Notes under the pieces: generated by a model
Databases searched by the model: none
Seen by the model: the letters and a program-made list of their open reading frames with translations, nothing else
Told to the model about the DNA's origin: nothing
Shown here: positions 37,691 to 51,735 of the stretch, piece by piece
Position numbering within the stretch: the first letter of the stretch is position 1
How the letters are laid out: each line of letters starts with the position of its first letter
Position numbers and translations under genes: made by a program
Source: the human T2T-CHM13v2.0 reference genome, Homo sapiens
Strand: one strand, 5' to 3'
Length of the DNA: 64,000 nucleotides
Assembly (NCBI RefSeq): GCF_009914755.1
Contig: NC_060925.1

Positions 37691-40161
37691 AATGCGGATA
37701 GCCACATTAGAAGCACATCCTTTCCATAAGCCATATGACTGGCAACAGAATGAATGAGCAGGCAGAGTCCCTTCTCAGGGAATCACAGTCTAATGCAGGA
37801 TGCAGAGACGGGAGAAACCAGCAGTAAGCACAGCACAGGGAATAAGTCCAGTGGCCAAGGAACGAGGTGGAATGGCATGAGCTTAGTGGAAGTAGCTCAC
37901 CTGCTCTGGGGAGACAAGGGAGAGGTCAGAGATCACTTCCCGTAAGAAATGATGCAAGACCCAAATCTTACAGGACAGGAAACCTACATGGCTCCCTGAA
38001 CTTCCAGGGAGTTTCCTAATCCAAGGAGTCCAGCCTTGAGCCTCTGGTCTTGACTCCAGATTCTGCCAGCCCACCAGCAGTGAAGCCTTCTTGACTGCAA
38101 TTCTAGGCCAACCTTGATCTCACCTGCCCATCCCTAGAAGCAACCATGAAAATTTTCTGCCCTGATGGTTGCAAATCCTTGAAGGCCTGGTCTACATAAA
38201 GTAGATCTTTGATCCAGGACGTAATTCCCAATTATGCTGAGGCTTAAATGGGAATCACATGTGCCAGGAGGCTGGCATGTGAGGGAGACACTCAGCTAGT
38301 GAAGAAACCTTGTTGACCTTCTCAGGATCTTGGGTTCTAGGGGGTTTGTTGTTGGGGCTTATGTGGCAACTCCTGTAAAGTGATAAGAATCTTCATTTTA
38401 TTGTGAAAAATCATTTCCCAAAATAGAGCCAACTGCCCAGGGTGGTGATGAAACTGAAAAGTAAGCGAGGGAGTCTAAGGAAGTAATGGTTTTTAGCAAG
38501 AAAATAGAAGCTGCGGGTGAATTAAGGAGTGGATGTTGAGTTTGATGGTGGCTCTGATTTGCAAGTGTTTGAAAACAAGAAAAAGATGATTTATGAAATC
38601 ATTTCAGCAAGTGCTTCAGCCAGGGCAAAAATTGCTTATTGAGTGGGAATGAATACTTTTGTGACAGCTAAAAAGGCGGTTGAGAGTGTTGTGAGTATAT
38701 GCCCAGGAAACCCATGACTCTCTGTGGAAATGCGCCTAGACAACAGCTGGGAGCCACGTCAACATTTCCATAAAGCACCAGGTGGTGGAGGCAGTCCTGT
38801 GGCTGCTGAGCTGACCTTTAAGTACGAGAAAAGGTTTAAACATTTCGCAAACGTTTTCCCTTGCCACAGGAGAAGTTAATAGGGGCGTGGTATTATTATT
38901 CATCACGATTCTATTTAGTCTTAGAAGCTTTAGTTAAACTCCATGCGAATGTGTTGGTCATAATGATGTGGGGTGAGGTAGAGGAGAGTATATTTTAGTG
39001 GAGAATTGATTTTAATATTTTATAAATGGCTTTGATCTCATATTTATGGAATCATTAAAGGTCTGAAGAGGTCACCAAAACACTTTTTCTTAAGTACACA
39101 CTTCACAGACTTTTTTTTTTAAAGCGGGGGGTGGGGGGTAGTCTATAAAGATATTTGAGGATCTGGGAATGTCAGGTTCTCAGGATATGCCTGGCTTGAA
39201 TTTCAAGGCTCTACACACACAGGTAGACATCCACACCCCAGCGTGAACAAATGCATGTACACTCCTGTTTAATCGCCCAGCACACCTGCACCCACAGGTG
39301 AACCCAGGCACAAGTGTGCACACCCTCTTTCCCTACACCATAAAGGTATCTCTATTGATTTCTTTATCTCCGTAGTGATCCACGTCCCCCTCTGCACTCC
39401 CCACATCAAATCCCAGCCAAACGTCCATGATGGTCACCCAACAGGTGTTCTAGAGGTATCATGAAAAACAATACATTAACTCTTTGTAACCAGGAAGTCA
39501 GGGCTTCCATCTGGGAGGGAATGCCTCACGGGGCCTTCCCGATGAGAGTAGGGCCAATAGGTTTGGGGGGCCTCACTCGGGGCAATGGGTCTCTGAGAAG
39601 AGCCCAGATCACATTCTTTGCTTCAGTTTTATTTGCACTTTCTGACCTCCAGTCTGTGAAGAAGAACCTCCACGGGGCAGGATAAACCTTGAGATGAAGG
39701 AAGGAGGGCTTGTCTGAAGAGCCCCATCCTCTAGGGTAACAGAGAGTCAGAAGGATGCCATGTCTTCCTTACATGGTTTTCTGCAAGGCGGTCAGAAACC
39801 ACAGATGAGATCCCATCACTGCAGGAGTATTCTTAGATGCTAAAGCATGGAAGCTGCCCATCTCCGCGACTATTTTCAACCCCTGGCTAACTATCACTGG
39901 TCAGCCTTGCCCCATGAGCCTAGTGGTCTCCTCTTTAGGAGGAAGATGAGAAGCCCGACCCATTTTCCAGCCTGGCCCTGTCATAGTCCCACACTTCGGG
40001 GAGCCTGTCTAGAAATGAATCAAGCTGGTTCTTTGAGTCATGTTAGGTGAGTTATCTTTGCATCTCATGCTTCCTTAACTTAGAACTCACATGGGAGCTG
40101 GGGTGAGTCTTAAGCCCGCTAACCTCTTGCTGTCCATCTTTAGAGTTTTTTACAAATTCCA

Positions 40162-40750
40162 GGTGGCAGATGGCCCCCAAGGTGACTCCCAACAATCCTC
40201 TAGCATCTGGTGTTCATGGCTTCTTGTATTCCCATCCCCTTTGGTATGAGTGAGGCCTGTGATTTGCCTCTCACCAACAGAACATGAAAAAGGGGATGGG
40301 ATGTCACCCCTATGATTATGCTACATTGTGTAAGACTCTGTCTTAGCAGATTAGAGATAAGATCTGCTTGCAGGCTTGATCAAGGAAGGGTCCATGTTGG
40401 AGATGCCATGTGGCAAGGAATTGAAGTTGGCCTCTGGGATGAAAGGGCTGCCTCTAGAACCTCAGAGTGGCCTCCACCTGACATCCACCTGTCAGACACC
40501 TGAATGAGCTTGGAATTGAACTCCTCCTCCAGATGAAAATGCAGCCCCACCATCACTTGACAGCAGCCTTTTGAAACCCTGCACTGAGGACCCACAAGGC
40601 CATACCCAGAATCCTGACCCACAGAAACTGAGAATGTACATGTGTTATTTTAGGCTACTGAGTTGGTGACAATTTTATAACTGTGATTAACTATAACTGT
40701 GATCGTTGGTAATTTTGATAATTTATTGGGAACAATAGGAAACTCATACA
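40162..40750 (+). mobile_element. MLT1F/G-like MaLR solo LTR
   Basis: 'gatgggatgtcacccctatgattatg', 'gaatcctgacccacagaaactg', end 'ggaaactcataca'. Confidence 0.75.
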
Positions 40751-41024
40751 CCCAGCTTGTTCTGGGACTTTACCACCTTGATGCTACTTTTTCAGGCCTC
40801 TGCTAGCCTTCAACCTTGTCAGTCACATGTCCCCCTTGGCATGTTCTGGACACATCCTGTCTGTTCTCTAGCTCCCAGGAGTAGGTCCTGTAAGTCACTC
40901 CCAGCGTTGTTCACTTAGAGGTGATCATTGAAACGGTGGGAGTCAGTGAGATCATAGGAGAAAGAACATGGTCAGAGAAGAACAAAACAAGGACCAAATC
41001 CTGGGGAATGGCCACACTGTTCAA

Positions 41025-41290
41025 GGCAGCTGCTCTGAATTGAAATGTGCTTTAAGCATAACATACACAACCAATTTCAAAGACAGTGTGAAAGGAACAA
41101 TGTAAAATATTGCATTTTACATTGGTTACATTTTTAAATAGTAATATATTGAACAGATGGGGTTAAAGTATACTACTGGATTTGATTCACCTGTTTCTTT
41201 TTCAGTCTTTTAACATGGCTACTAGAAATTTAAAATTATACACATGGCTCACATTTGAGGTTTAGATCACATTTCTACTAGACAGTGCGA
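41025..41290. mobile_element. MER33/MER3-like hAT-Charlie fragment
   Basis: 'tggctactagaaatttaaaattatacacatggctcacatt...tttctactagacagtgc'. Confidence 0.6.
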
Positions 41291-41684
41291 TGGATGGATG
41301 GATAGATAGACAGATAGATAGATATAGAGATTTTGAAATTATTTATTGCGTAGTTACAGATGCCATGCACTATGCTAAGTGATTTATAATACTATCTCAT
41401 TGGACCCTACCTGCAGCCTTGTGAATTAGGTATTATTATTTCCATTTTACACATGTGAAAGTTAAGGTTTTGAGAGTTAAGTGACTTTCCTGAGATCACA
41501 CTAAGAATTAATGAAAAGGCAGAAATTCAGTCAGTCCCATCTGACTGCAAAGCCTGTGCTCTTAGCCACTGTGCTGGCTGGCTCCTTAGATGAATGAATG
41601 AATGAGTGAGTGAGTGTGTATGCTTCAGATTGTAAGTGGCTTTCCTCAGATCACACTAAGAATCCATGAAAAGGCAGAAATTCA

Positions 41685-42123
<439 letters not shown>

Positions 42124-44204
42124 TTACACACCAGACCTCTAGGCAATAGCAGGCCCCATGTGGTGATGGTGCCCAAGACTCAATCCCCTCCCTCTTTTTC
42201 TCCCTCCCTCAGGAATCCCTGTGTCCGCAATCGCTAATCCCACCCTCATTCCAGATCTTGCCCATTGTCTCTGCTCCCGTAAAGTGAGGCCAGCTTGTGG
42301 GATCTCAAAGTGACATCCAATGGCACCCAAGCCTGAGCTCAGGCCTGGGCACCCAGGAGCAGATGATACTACAGGTGCTCTCCTGGCACATTCCTGCCCC
42401 CCACCCTTCCTGGCAGGAAAGATCAGATGCCCACTCAACAGGGCAGCTCTCCTTCCCAGCCCGGGCCTTCCCCAGAAGGGAGATGGCTTCCTCTGAGGCT
42501 CATCCCCAGCCTTCAGGGCCTACCTGAGTCCAGGTGCGTGCAGGGACAGGGCTGGGCCCCTGGGGAGGGGCCCCTATGTCCATATGTGTCCACTTGCTCC
42601 CTCCTGCTTCCCTGAGCCTCAGAGCAGGCAGGTGATTTTCCAGGTCACTTAACTGGTAAGTGGCAAACTCTGGATTTGAATCCAATTCTGTGTAACCCCT
42701 GAATGTGTGCTCTGTTTACCGTAACCCATGCTGCCTCTCTCCTCAACCAACCATGTGCATTGTTGCTTAATTCCCTCTGCCTCAGTTTCCTCATCAGTAA
42801 AATCAGGATGATAACAATCAGGTTGCTGGGAGGATTAATTGGGGTAATGCATATAAACAGCTTAGCACAGTGCCTGGCACAACATAAACACTCAGCAAAT
42901 GAGAGCAATGATCATTACTAGAACCATTATCATTATCATTATGGCAGCCCTTGCGGTGTCTGCCGGGACTGGTGGGAAGTCACTAGCAGTTAACAGGATC
43001 TCCTTCAACGCTTCTGGCACGGCCAAGGACACCTTCCCAGAGAGCAGGACTCACGATTAACATGCTGCAGATGAACACCAGCCTTTGTCCTCCCTTGAGG
43101 CCCCACCTGGGCCACATTAGCTGTGACCTCTAGACTCCCTGAGGCCGGCAAAAGTGTCTCATGTGCATGGGTGAGCCAGTGTGGCGGCTTCATGGAAATG
43201 CATGCCCGCGACCAATCTTCCTCCGGCCTTATGGTGGGGCAGCCACTGGGTCCAGCCCTGACACTGCTCACAGGCTGGGAGATCTGCAGGGCCTCGGGAA
43301 ACATCGTGCCTGGCTCAGGTCTTTCCCCTGATCCTGGTTGCTTCAGCTTTTGTGCAAAGCCAGGCACATTCCAATGTCTTTTCTGTGCTGTGCGTGGGTG
43401 AGAGCAGAGCCAGCAGCTTCCGAGCAGCTCTTGGAGTCACATCCTCGTGAAAGGACAGAGCTGGGTTTTCCCCGTGGAGCCCAGTGGCAAGCAGCTGATT
43501 ACTTCTTTGCCTTCTCTGCAAGCTTGGGAGGGTCATGTGGGATTGGTTCAAGTGCCTTCGGCAGGTTGGGCGGGTGCCTGTTTTGGGAGGTGGGTGAGAG
43601 GGGGTGCCTCCAAGGAACCCAAATTCTACCTGACTTCACCCTCCCAGCTTGGTTCCTCAGAGTGCCCTGGGAGCCATGGAGAGTTGACGAGATCTATTCC
43701 TGTAAGTCTTCCAAAGAGGCAAAGGAGAATTTGGGTGGTTAGAGAGAGGCAGCACAACTGACTAAATCACAGCTCGATACTTCTTCCAGCCCAGGAGACA
43801 AATACTTATAATATTGATATTTCCATCACTGGTACTCCCTAGGGAAGCTAGTCCTCAAAGGACTGCTGCGTAGGAGGTGAAAGCATTGCTAACATTCACG
43901 ACAGCCACCCCTTAAGGATGTTCCAGGCTGGGGCAGGGACCGCGGGAGTAGGTGGTGGGAAACTGCAGAAACGGACTCCCTGGGGACTTCTGGACAGCAG
44001 AGGGGGCAGTGGGATGAACAGGGCTTGAGAGAACAGAGAAAAGAAAAAGGGGAATGTGGCCCAGCCCTTGCTGTCCTCGAGGCTAAGCCAGGTCCCTGTG
44101 ATACTTTGACAGCACAGTGCTGCTTTGTGGCTGGTGCCATTAGAGTTCATAGTAATTCATTTATTTGATGATTAATTGATTCATAGTTTTAGATTCAACC
44201 ACAC

Positions 44205-44690
44205 TGTGGCAGGCTTAATAATACTCCTCACCCCCACCCAAAGATGTCCATGCCCTGATTTCCAGAACATGGAAATATGCTGCTTTACATGGCAAAAGAG
44301 ACTACAGATGTCATTAAGTTAAGGATGAGGTGGGGAGGTCATCCTGGATTATCCTGATGTGTCCAATGTAATCACAAGTGTCCTTATAAGAGGGGGGCAG
44401 GAGGATTGGAGTCAGTAATAGGAGCTGTGACCGTGGAAGTAGGAGATCAGAGTGACGGGAGGACGGGGCCATAATCCAAGGAGGTGGCTTCTCCGAAGCT
44501 GGGAAAAGGAAGGAAACATATTCTCCCCTAGAGCCTCCAGAAGGAATCGGCCCTGCCAACACCTTGACTGTAGCTCAGTGAGTCTGATTGTGGACTTCTG
44601 GCCTCCGGAACTGTAATAGAATAAATCTGTGCTGTCTTAAACCATCATGCTTGTAGAGATTTGTTACAAAGGCCATAGGAAACCAACACA
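44205..44690 (+). mobile_element. MLT1D-like MaLR solo LTR
   Basis: 'caaagatgtccatgccctgat', 'aatgtaatcacaag', 'ttctcccctagagcctccagaaggaa'; TG...CA termini, TSD cacac/cagac. Confidence 0.88.
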
Positions 44691-47339
44691 CAGACCACGA
44701 CCTGCACGAGCGCAACTGACTCATCTACTGATGTTTCTCCAAGGCTCTGCACAGGACCCGAAGCAGCAGGATGAGCCTTCACAGCTAAAAGACTATGAGT
44801 CTCCATTCAGGCTTCTCCCTTGCAGACTGAGAGACGGCTGAGGTTCAGAGAGGGTAAGCCATCCATCCAAGGTTGCCCAGTTGCAAGTAGGCCTCAGCCT
44901 CTGACCCCAAGACTCAGCTCCCAGCCACCCCTCCAGACCCAGGCCCTGTCTTTCTTTAACCCTCTCCTCAACCAGATCCCAGGCCTGGCCGTGCCAGAAT
45001 CCAGCCCTGCTAGGATCCTCCCCTGCCCACACTATCTGCCTTAGGATGTGCTGGGCCTATTGCCCAGCACGCTGGCATGTCCCCAAGCTGTGTTGACAGC
45101 AGGAAGAACACTCAATGCCAGTAAGCAGACTCGGAGGAGGAGGCAGTGCAGACAGCTGAGAGGGGACATTGCTACCCACTAGGGAGGCCAAGGGGCTTCC
45201 TGCACAGGAGATGGGGTCTGAAATGGAATGGGAGAAGGGTCAGCATAGAAGCTAAAGCTGGGTTCCATTATTCACTCATTCATTCAGATATTCATTGACC
45301 CCATGCACTGCCCCAGGCTTTGCAGACCCTGAGGGGGTCCTGGGTTGAATCAGAAAAGCTTCCTGCCCCAGGGGACTCCCAGGTCAGGGTACAAGGTAGC
45401 TGGGTGTGATAACTGCATTGAGAAGGTGAAGTGCACCTGGTGAGATGATTCTTCTCTTCTCTTTCTTGCCTGCCTGTTAGTGCAGGAAAATGCACTTGAG
45501 GGTAGAAGGAGCCTAAGAGGAATGGCCATGCACCCTGCCCTTTAGCACGTAAGAGCTGGCTGGGGAGACAGGACTCCTACACGAGAAGGAAGAGCCCCCA
45601 GGGTGCCTGAGCAGGGACAGGCTCTCTAGGCAGATGCACTGAGGAGAAGGTGCCTTCTAGTTTGGGGAATGGGGAGTGACCAGGGCAGAGCTCAGGTAAA
45701 AGCCTCAGTCTTTATAGGAAAGACGTCAACACACTGAGAGGGGTAGGAAGAATCAACGGATGAATCAGAATAATGGGCTGCTGCAGTCTGAGCAGAACTG
45801 CCCTCTGCTCAGCCACATGGATGTGCTGGCCACTTCCCTTCTTCTGCTGCAGCCCCTGCAAGGAGTCTGCAGAGCTGACAGCCCTGAGCAATGGCCTGGA
45901 TGCTGTAAACACACATCATTCATTTGCCTACCTTAAGGGCAGCTTGTAAGTCTTTCTTTGTGTGTGTTTTCATCAAGAAGTAATCCTTACAGCCACGAAA
46001 AATGTCCAATAACATTTCTCTCCCTTGGCAAACATCCCCGGTATATCAAAGGCTCAAATACACAATGCAGCGGCTCACAGGGACAGGTGTTGGAGACTGC
46101 TTTATAGCAGCCTGAAGAACTGTCTGTTGGTCACATGGGCTCGCACAAATCTCACATGGTTCCAGAAACTGATAACCCAGCAGCATACAGAGGAGATTCC
46201 TCCCACTGCGTGCTCATTCTGCCTTTCTTCTGGAAATGCTCCTCTGAGCCAGGCATGGGGCCAAGCACTAGGGACACAGACATGAGCCAGTCAGGCTGTC
46301 TGTCCCCAAGGAGCAAGTTTTACTGAATGCTGTGTTAAGTGCTTTATATATTGCAAAAGTCCCAGAAGGCACTCCAACGATCCCCATTTTACAGATGAGG
46401 AAACAAACAGAGACCTAGAGAAATTTAAGTAACCTGCTTGATGTCCCAGGGCTAGTCAGTGGCAGAGGTGCTTTGCTTGCATGGAACTGTGAGTGTCCCA
46501 AAGTCAGAGGCTGAGAGTTACTCATCTCAGCACAGGGCTCGACACAAAGCACACTGCAGGAGAATACTGGCAAGTGTTTGAGCATGAGCTTGAAAGTCAG
46601 ATAAGGCCCATCTCAGGATCCAATTCCTACATTGCACATTAAAGCCTCCAAGTCCCACAGAACGGAAGGAGTATCTCCAAGGAATGACCTTCTTAGGACT
46701 GGAGCTTCCTGGCCCCTTCTACAAGAGCAAACTCAGATGACTGCACACTTTTCATCTTTGAGTGTCCCTAATAAGGCAAATGAAGAGGGTACTCTATGGA
46801 TGGAACAGCCACCCTGAGTCAGCCATGATGCCAGATGCTTAATGCCTCCACCCAGTTCACCTCACAACACTCTGAAGCCAGGCACTTTCCACTGCACAAA
46901 GCTCTGCTCAGACTGCCCCTGGCTGGGCAAGCTCCCACCCTTTCCTTCAGGAGGCTGGCCCCAGGCTAGGTGTAGGAAGGAAGGCTGGGAAGAATCAGTG
47001 TGTCACTCTCCAGGGTACATGCCCAGCACCAGAGGGCCTGGCTTCTGAGGGCATCCAGCCTACACTCAGACCTCCTCTGCAAGGTGCAGTGGATCCAGGG
47101 GTACCCCTCACTTAGACTGGAGTCCACTTACTGTAATCACAAGGGCTCCTGACAGTTTTAGAGTCATGTATTTATTTTCTGTCTCCTGGGTTAGAGTACA
47201 AACAGACTTTTCTTCACTGCTATATCCCCAGTGCCTGGAACAGTATCAGGGACATAATACACGGTATTATTTAAATAAATGAATAGATCCCTTTTAGAAG
47301 ACATTCAGTAGATCCACAGATCCTCCCTCTCCCAAGTGT

Positions 47340-47366
47340 ACACACACACACACACACACACACACA
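47340..47366 (+). repeat. (CA)n microsatellite
   Basis: Direct reading. Confidence 0.95.
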
Positions 47367-49139
47367 AGTGCATAAATGTCCCAAGTCCACCGATTAGGGA
47401 ATCTCACACAAAGTCTGGCCATCCACCCAGATTCCTTCTGTAATAAGATTCCTGACAGCCAAAACCTGGTTTATTCCAAGCAGAGATGATGCTACACAGG
47501 TGCCATCGAAAGGAACCACCAGGGGGGAGGGGAGGGCCTCCCCTCTGTAGCAGGTGAAGGGCATCTGGAAGCTGGTGCAGCCTGGTTGGACTCCACTGAC
47601 GCTCCAGTGGCCTGTGCGGATGCTCTCTGTGTGCATGGCTGTGGGCCTGCTTTGGGGATGTCGAACTGAATCTGAGCTCTGCTTCCCTCTTGATAGGGAG
47701 AAACCCAGCAGGTGGAACCAGTGTATTCCTCGCTCCCTCCACCATTGCCTCTAAGCATGGCTAATGAGTATATTTGACCTCACATGCTCACCCCAGCAGC
47801 TCCACAAACGTCACTCAAGATCCCTCCTGACATCCAAATGCAGGGGGCACCGCATTTTAAGTTAAAAGTTATATCCTCACATATTTCATTTCTCTATTCT
47901 CAACAGCAACTTGCTGATCATTCCCAACCCTTCGATGCTGAGCCAAGGGACCCGGGTTGCTGTCTCACCTGAGTAGAATGTGCTGGTTTGACTTTCAGAG
48001 CTAGCTCAGGATGTGGATGGCTGCAGGTCTCCATTGCCATGGTGAGACACAGAAGGGGAGCTCATCTGTCTTGCCCAAGGGCTGTGACCAGGGCCAGAGT
48101 CATGCACAGGATCAGGGGCAGCAGATGATTGAGGACTTGGTAAAATGGGTTTAAACAAAGGCTGATGGATCCAAAAGGGGGTGGTTGGGGATAAGGAAAC
48201 AAAATCTCAGAACCCACCTGGGGATTCCCAGCCTAGGGTGTAACTTTAGCCCCGGGGATCTGGCCTCTGGCTTCATTTCTCCGCTGGCTCCAACCCACCA
48301 TTGCAGCACTATCTCAGCAGGATGTGGGATGCCCTCTCTGCCTTCCTGGAGCACCATCTGACCCAGGGAGGTTCACGGAATCTACTCCAGCTCAGAGCAG
48401 GGCTGTGGATCAGGAATCCCTGACCCAAGGCAGAAGCAATGGAGGCAACACCACCAGGGCATGATGCGAGTGGTCCAGGAGTCTCCTTATTCCAAATCTT
48501 TCCCGCTGCCCCCTCAAAATGCCTGAGATTCCACCATCAGAGAACCATTCTTTTGATGAGGCCTCTGGCTCTGCCACAATGTGACACTGGGCAACTCTGA
48601 ACTGCTCTGACCCTCATTTATAAGGTAGGACACTAATACATTCCTCTTTGGGCTGTTTGAAAAGTTAAATGAAGGAATCCATATAGAGTTCCCAGCATAG
48701 TTCTTGGCATATGAAAGCTGTTTGACTGGTATTGGTTCTTTACCCCTTCCCTTTAGGTTCTTCAAGTGTCGTGGAGTTCAGAGCTTTTCCAGAAAAGAAG
48801 TGGCAGTTTATGGGATATGGGGGAGGGTGTAGGGGAAACAGAGGACAGAAATTAATTCACAGCACAGGCTGTTATTCAAGCAAAGAGGCAGAGAGGGACA
48901 AAAGCAGGTAAGAAAGTTCAAGTTAGGAGGAGAGGGGTAGGAAGTTAGCAAGAAAGGATGGAGGGAAACAATTCCACCTACTCTGAGCCAGATCCTGTCC
49001 AGGGTGCTGGAGGTAAACAGCTGGCCGGGAATGACTACCTTCCCATAGAACTCCCAGCCTGGCAGCAGGGCTGGGTGGGGAGTGGGCAGATGGGCAAACA
49101 GGCCCAGTGAATGTTGGTGGTGAGGGAGGTGAGTGGGCA

Positions 49140-49337
49140 AGAATAGGACCCTGTGGGAACAGGAGATTCAACCTCATGAATGTTCAGATACCCTCCCTAT
49201 TACCCAGCAAACTCTCCTCAGTCCATCCCTCCATCAGGGCAGAACAGGACCCTGTGGGAGCAGGAGATTCAACCCCATGAATGTTCAGACACCCTCCCTA
49301 TTACCCAGCAAATCTCTGTCCATCCTTCCATCAGGGC
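49140..49337 (+). repeat. Two-copy ~100-bp tandem duplication
   Basis: 49140-49240 versus 49241-49337; a few substitutions and a small indel. Confidence 0.93.
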
Positions 49338-50659
49338 ACTCTCTCTTAGGTCTCACCTGCTCAAAGCCCTCAGTGGTGCTCTGTTGCCTGCAGCCTAGAT
49401 TCCAAGCAACTTCCAGGGACCCTCAGGACACCCCATGACCAATCCCCTGCCAACCCCTCACTGCACCTCCCCATCCTTTACTGCAGCAGGAGCACTGAGC
49501 TGTGCTCTTGCCAGCTCCTGCTCCTGCTGCTGCCTCTGCCTGAGATGCCCTTCCCTGACCCAACCCTTCCACATGCTGACCCTGTGGAATAAGAGCCCAA
49601 GAAACAGAATCTACAGTGGTGGGACTGGAAGCCTCAACTCAGATGTCCCCTCTCCCCAGCCTTCCTCTTGGGTCATTTGTTTTTTGGTCAGGACATAAAA
49701 GGATATAAACATTAAATTAGAAAAAAATCGCAACAGCTTCTATAAACTACTGAAAGAGTCAACAGAAGCGGGCAGGGGTCCCGGTCGGGGCTGACACGAT
49801 TCACAATGTGGGAAGGGCAGGTGTGAGGTGGAGCACACCTCTAAGGAGGACTAAGGCTTGCTGAGAGCTCATCTGGGCCAGCCCTGTCTAAAATCTTTAA
49901 GTGTGTTGTTTATCCTTGCAGCAACTCAGCAAGGTGGAGACTTTATTATTCCCATTATATGGATGAGGAACTTGAGGAAGAAAAAGGTTAAGCAATTTTC
50001 CCAAGGTCATGCAGGTACTGGGGAAGGAGATGAGATTACAACACAGGAAGTCTGACTCCAGAGCCTGTACTCTTGGCCCCACCACATTGAGCATCTCATT
50101 ATGTCTGGTGCTTCAAATTTTGTCTTTGAGAAGCAGCTGGGTGTAATGGGACAATATTCTATTATTCAACATACAAGTCGTTATTTCATTCATTCCCAAC
50201 TTATTATTTAGCACCGTGTTCCAGGCTCTGTGAATCTCTGGGGATTCGGTGCTGAGCATGACACATCACAGAGGGCAGACAGGTAGACCCGCAACCCACT
50301 CCAGGGCGAGAAAGATCATGATGAGCTGTATAGACAGCCGTGGGAGCTCTGAGAGGAGGCTTTTCAGCCAGACCTGCAGGGTCAGGGTCAGGAAGGGCTT
50401 CCCGGGCAGAGAGAGGTCTAAGTTTGACACCTGAAGGATACGCAAGAGTTAATCCAGAGAAGAGAGGGAAGAGTGCTCTAGGTGGAGAGAACAGCAGATG
50501 CAAAGGCCAGGAGAGGACACCGTACCTAAGAACCCTAGAAACTCAGAGTGGCTGGGATGATGCAAGGATGCTTACGAGCCACCTAGCCCTGGCACAGACC
50601 CTTCTGTCTCTCCTGACCCCGCTGCATCTTCATCCTCCTCATTGTTTCCAGGAATGAGA

Positions 50660-50860
50660 GCTAACATTTATTGCATGTCTATGATATTCCAGGCATCATA
50701 CTAAGCTCTTTGCAAAATTATCTCACTAAATCCTCTTAACAACTCCAAGAAGTGAGTACTATTGCCATCTCTATTTTACAGAAGAGGAAACTGACGCACA
50801 GAGAGTTAAGTAACTTGCCCAAAGCCACATCACATAGTCAATAAGAATCAGAGTCAGGAT
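50660..50860 (-). mobile_element. MIR
   Basis: 'attttacagaagaggaaactgacgcacagagagttaagtaacttgcccaaagccac'. Confidence 0.85.
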
Positions 50861-51619
50861 CAACCACAGCCATCTCCACCCTCCCATCATTGCAGGTACA
50901 TATACCTTTCTGGAAGCTCCTGGACTTGAACTCCACGTTTCTGTTGCTTTGTGTGCCCATCTGACATGCTCCTGTCTCACCTGCTGGTTTACTTTGCCCT
51001 TCTCTGTCTTTCTGAGGTTCTCCTTGCCCACCCCATGCCAGATCCCCTGCCAGTGAGATGCCCAGGGTGGCTGTGCCCAGTAGGACCTGGCCCCGTCACA
51101 GCTGCCCAGGTTCCCTTCCTCCTTGTGTCTGAAGCAGGGTGGAGTAGGGGTGGTTGTCAGTGCAGAGAGCCAGACAAGCCTATTTTGTGTTTTCCTAGCA
51201 GGTTTCCTATGGCATCTTTGAATTAATGGGACAGAGATGAAGGAGGCATTTCGGCTACCATCCAAAGCGTCGTCAACCTGCTGAGAAATAGCCCTGCCCC
51301 TTCCTCCTACTGTGGGTACCAGTATCCAAGGGCACTACAGGCTCAGTGCTTCCCAAGCCTCTTGTCCAGACTGGCTGGCAGAGCGACTGTGAATGCCAAT
51401 CCATTTGAGAAACAGACTGGTAACAAGAGACCCTTTCTGGCTTTGTGCAGAGTTCTTAGCCCACAGAGCCTAAATCACTACAAGAAAGGAAAGAGAAGGG
51501 AGACAGCAGCCATTTTGTTGCCTTCACTGGAAAAGCTTGTGTGTGTTTTATGTGTGTGTGTGTACTTTTGTGAGCCTGTGTGTCTGGTGGTGAGTGTGAC
51601 TGGATGTCTCAGACTATGA

Positions 51620-51735
51620 TGCAGGGGTTAAGAGCAGGGACCCCAGAGCCCATCTGCCTGGGTCCAAAGCCCAGCTCTGACTTACTAGCTGTGTGACCTT
51701 GGGCAAGTTCTTTAACCTCTCTGAGCTTCAGTTTA
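51620..51735 (+). mobile_element. MIR 5' half
   Basis: 'acttactagctgtgtgaccttgggcaagttctttaacctctctgagcttcagttt'. Confidence 0.88.

Noticed and set aside
47515-47532. CTCF-like motifs (also ~3413, ~16236, ~38776)
   Set aside because: Each misses core positions; not distinguishable from background without PWM or ChIP data.
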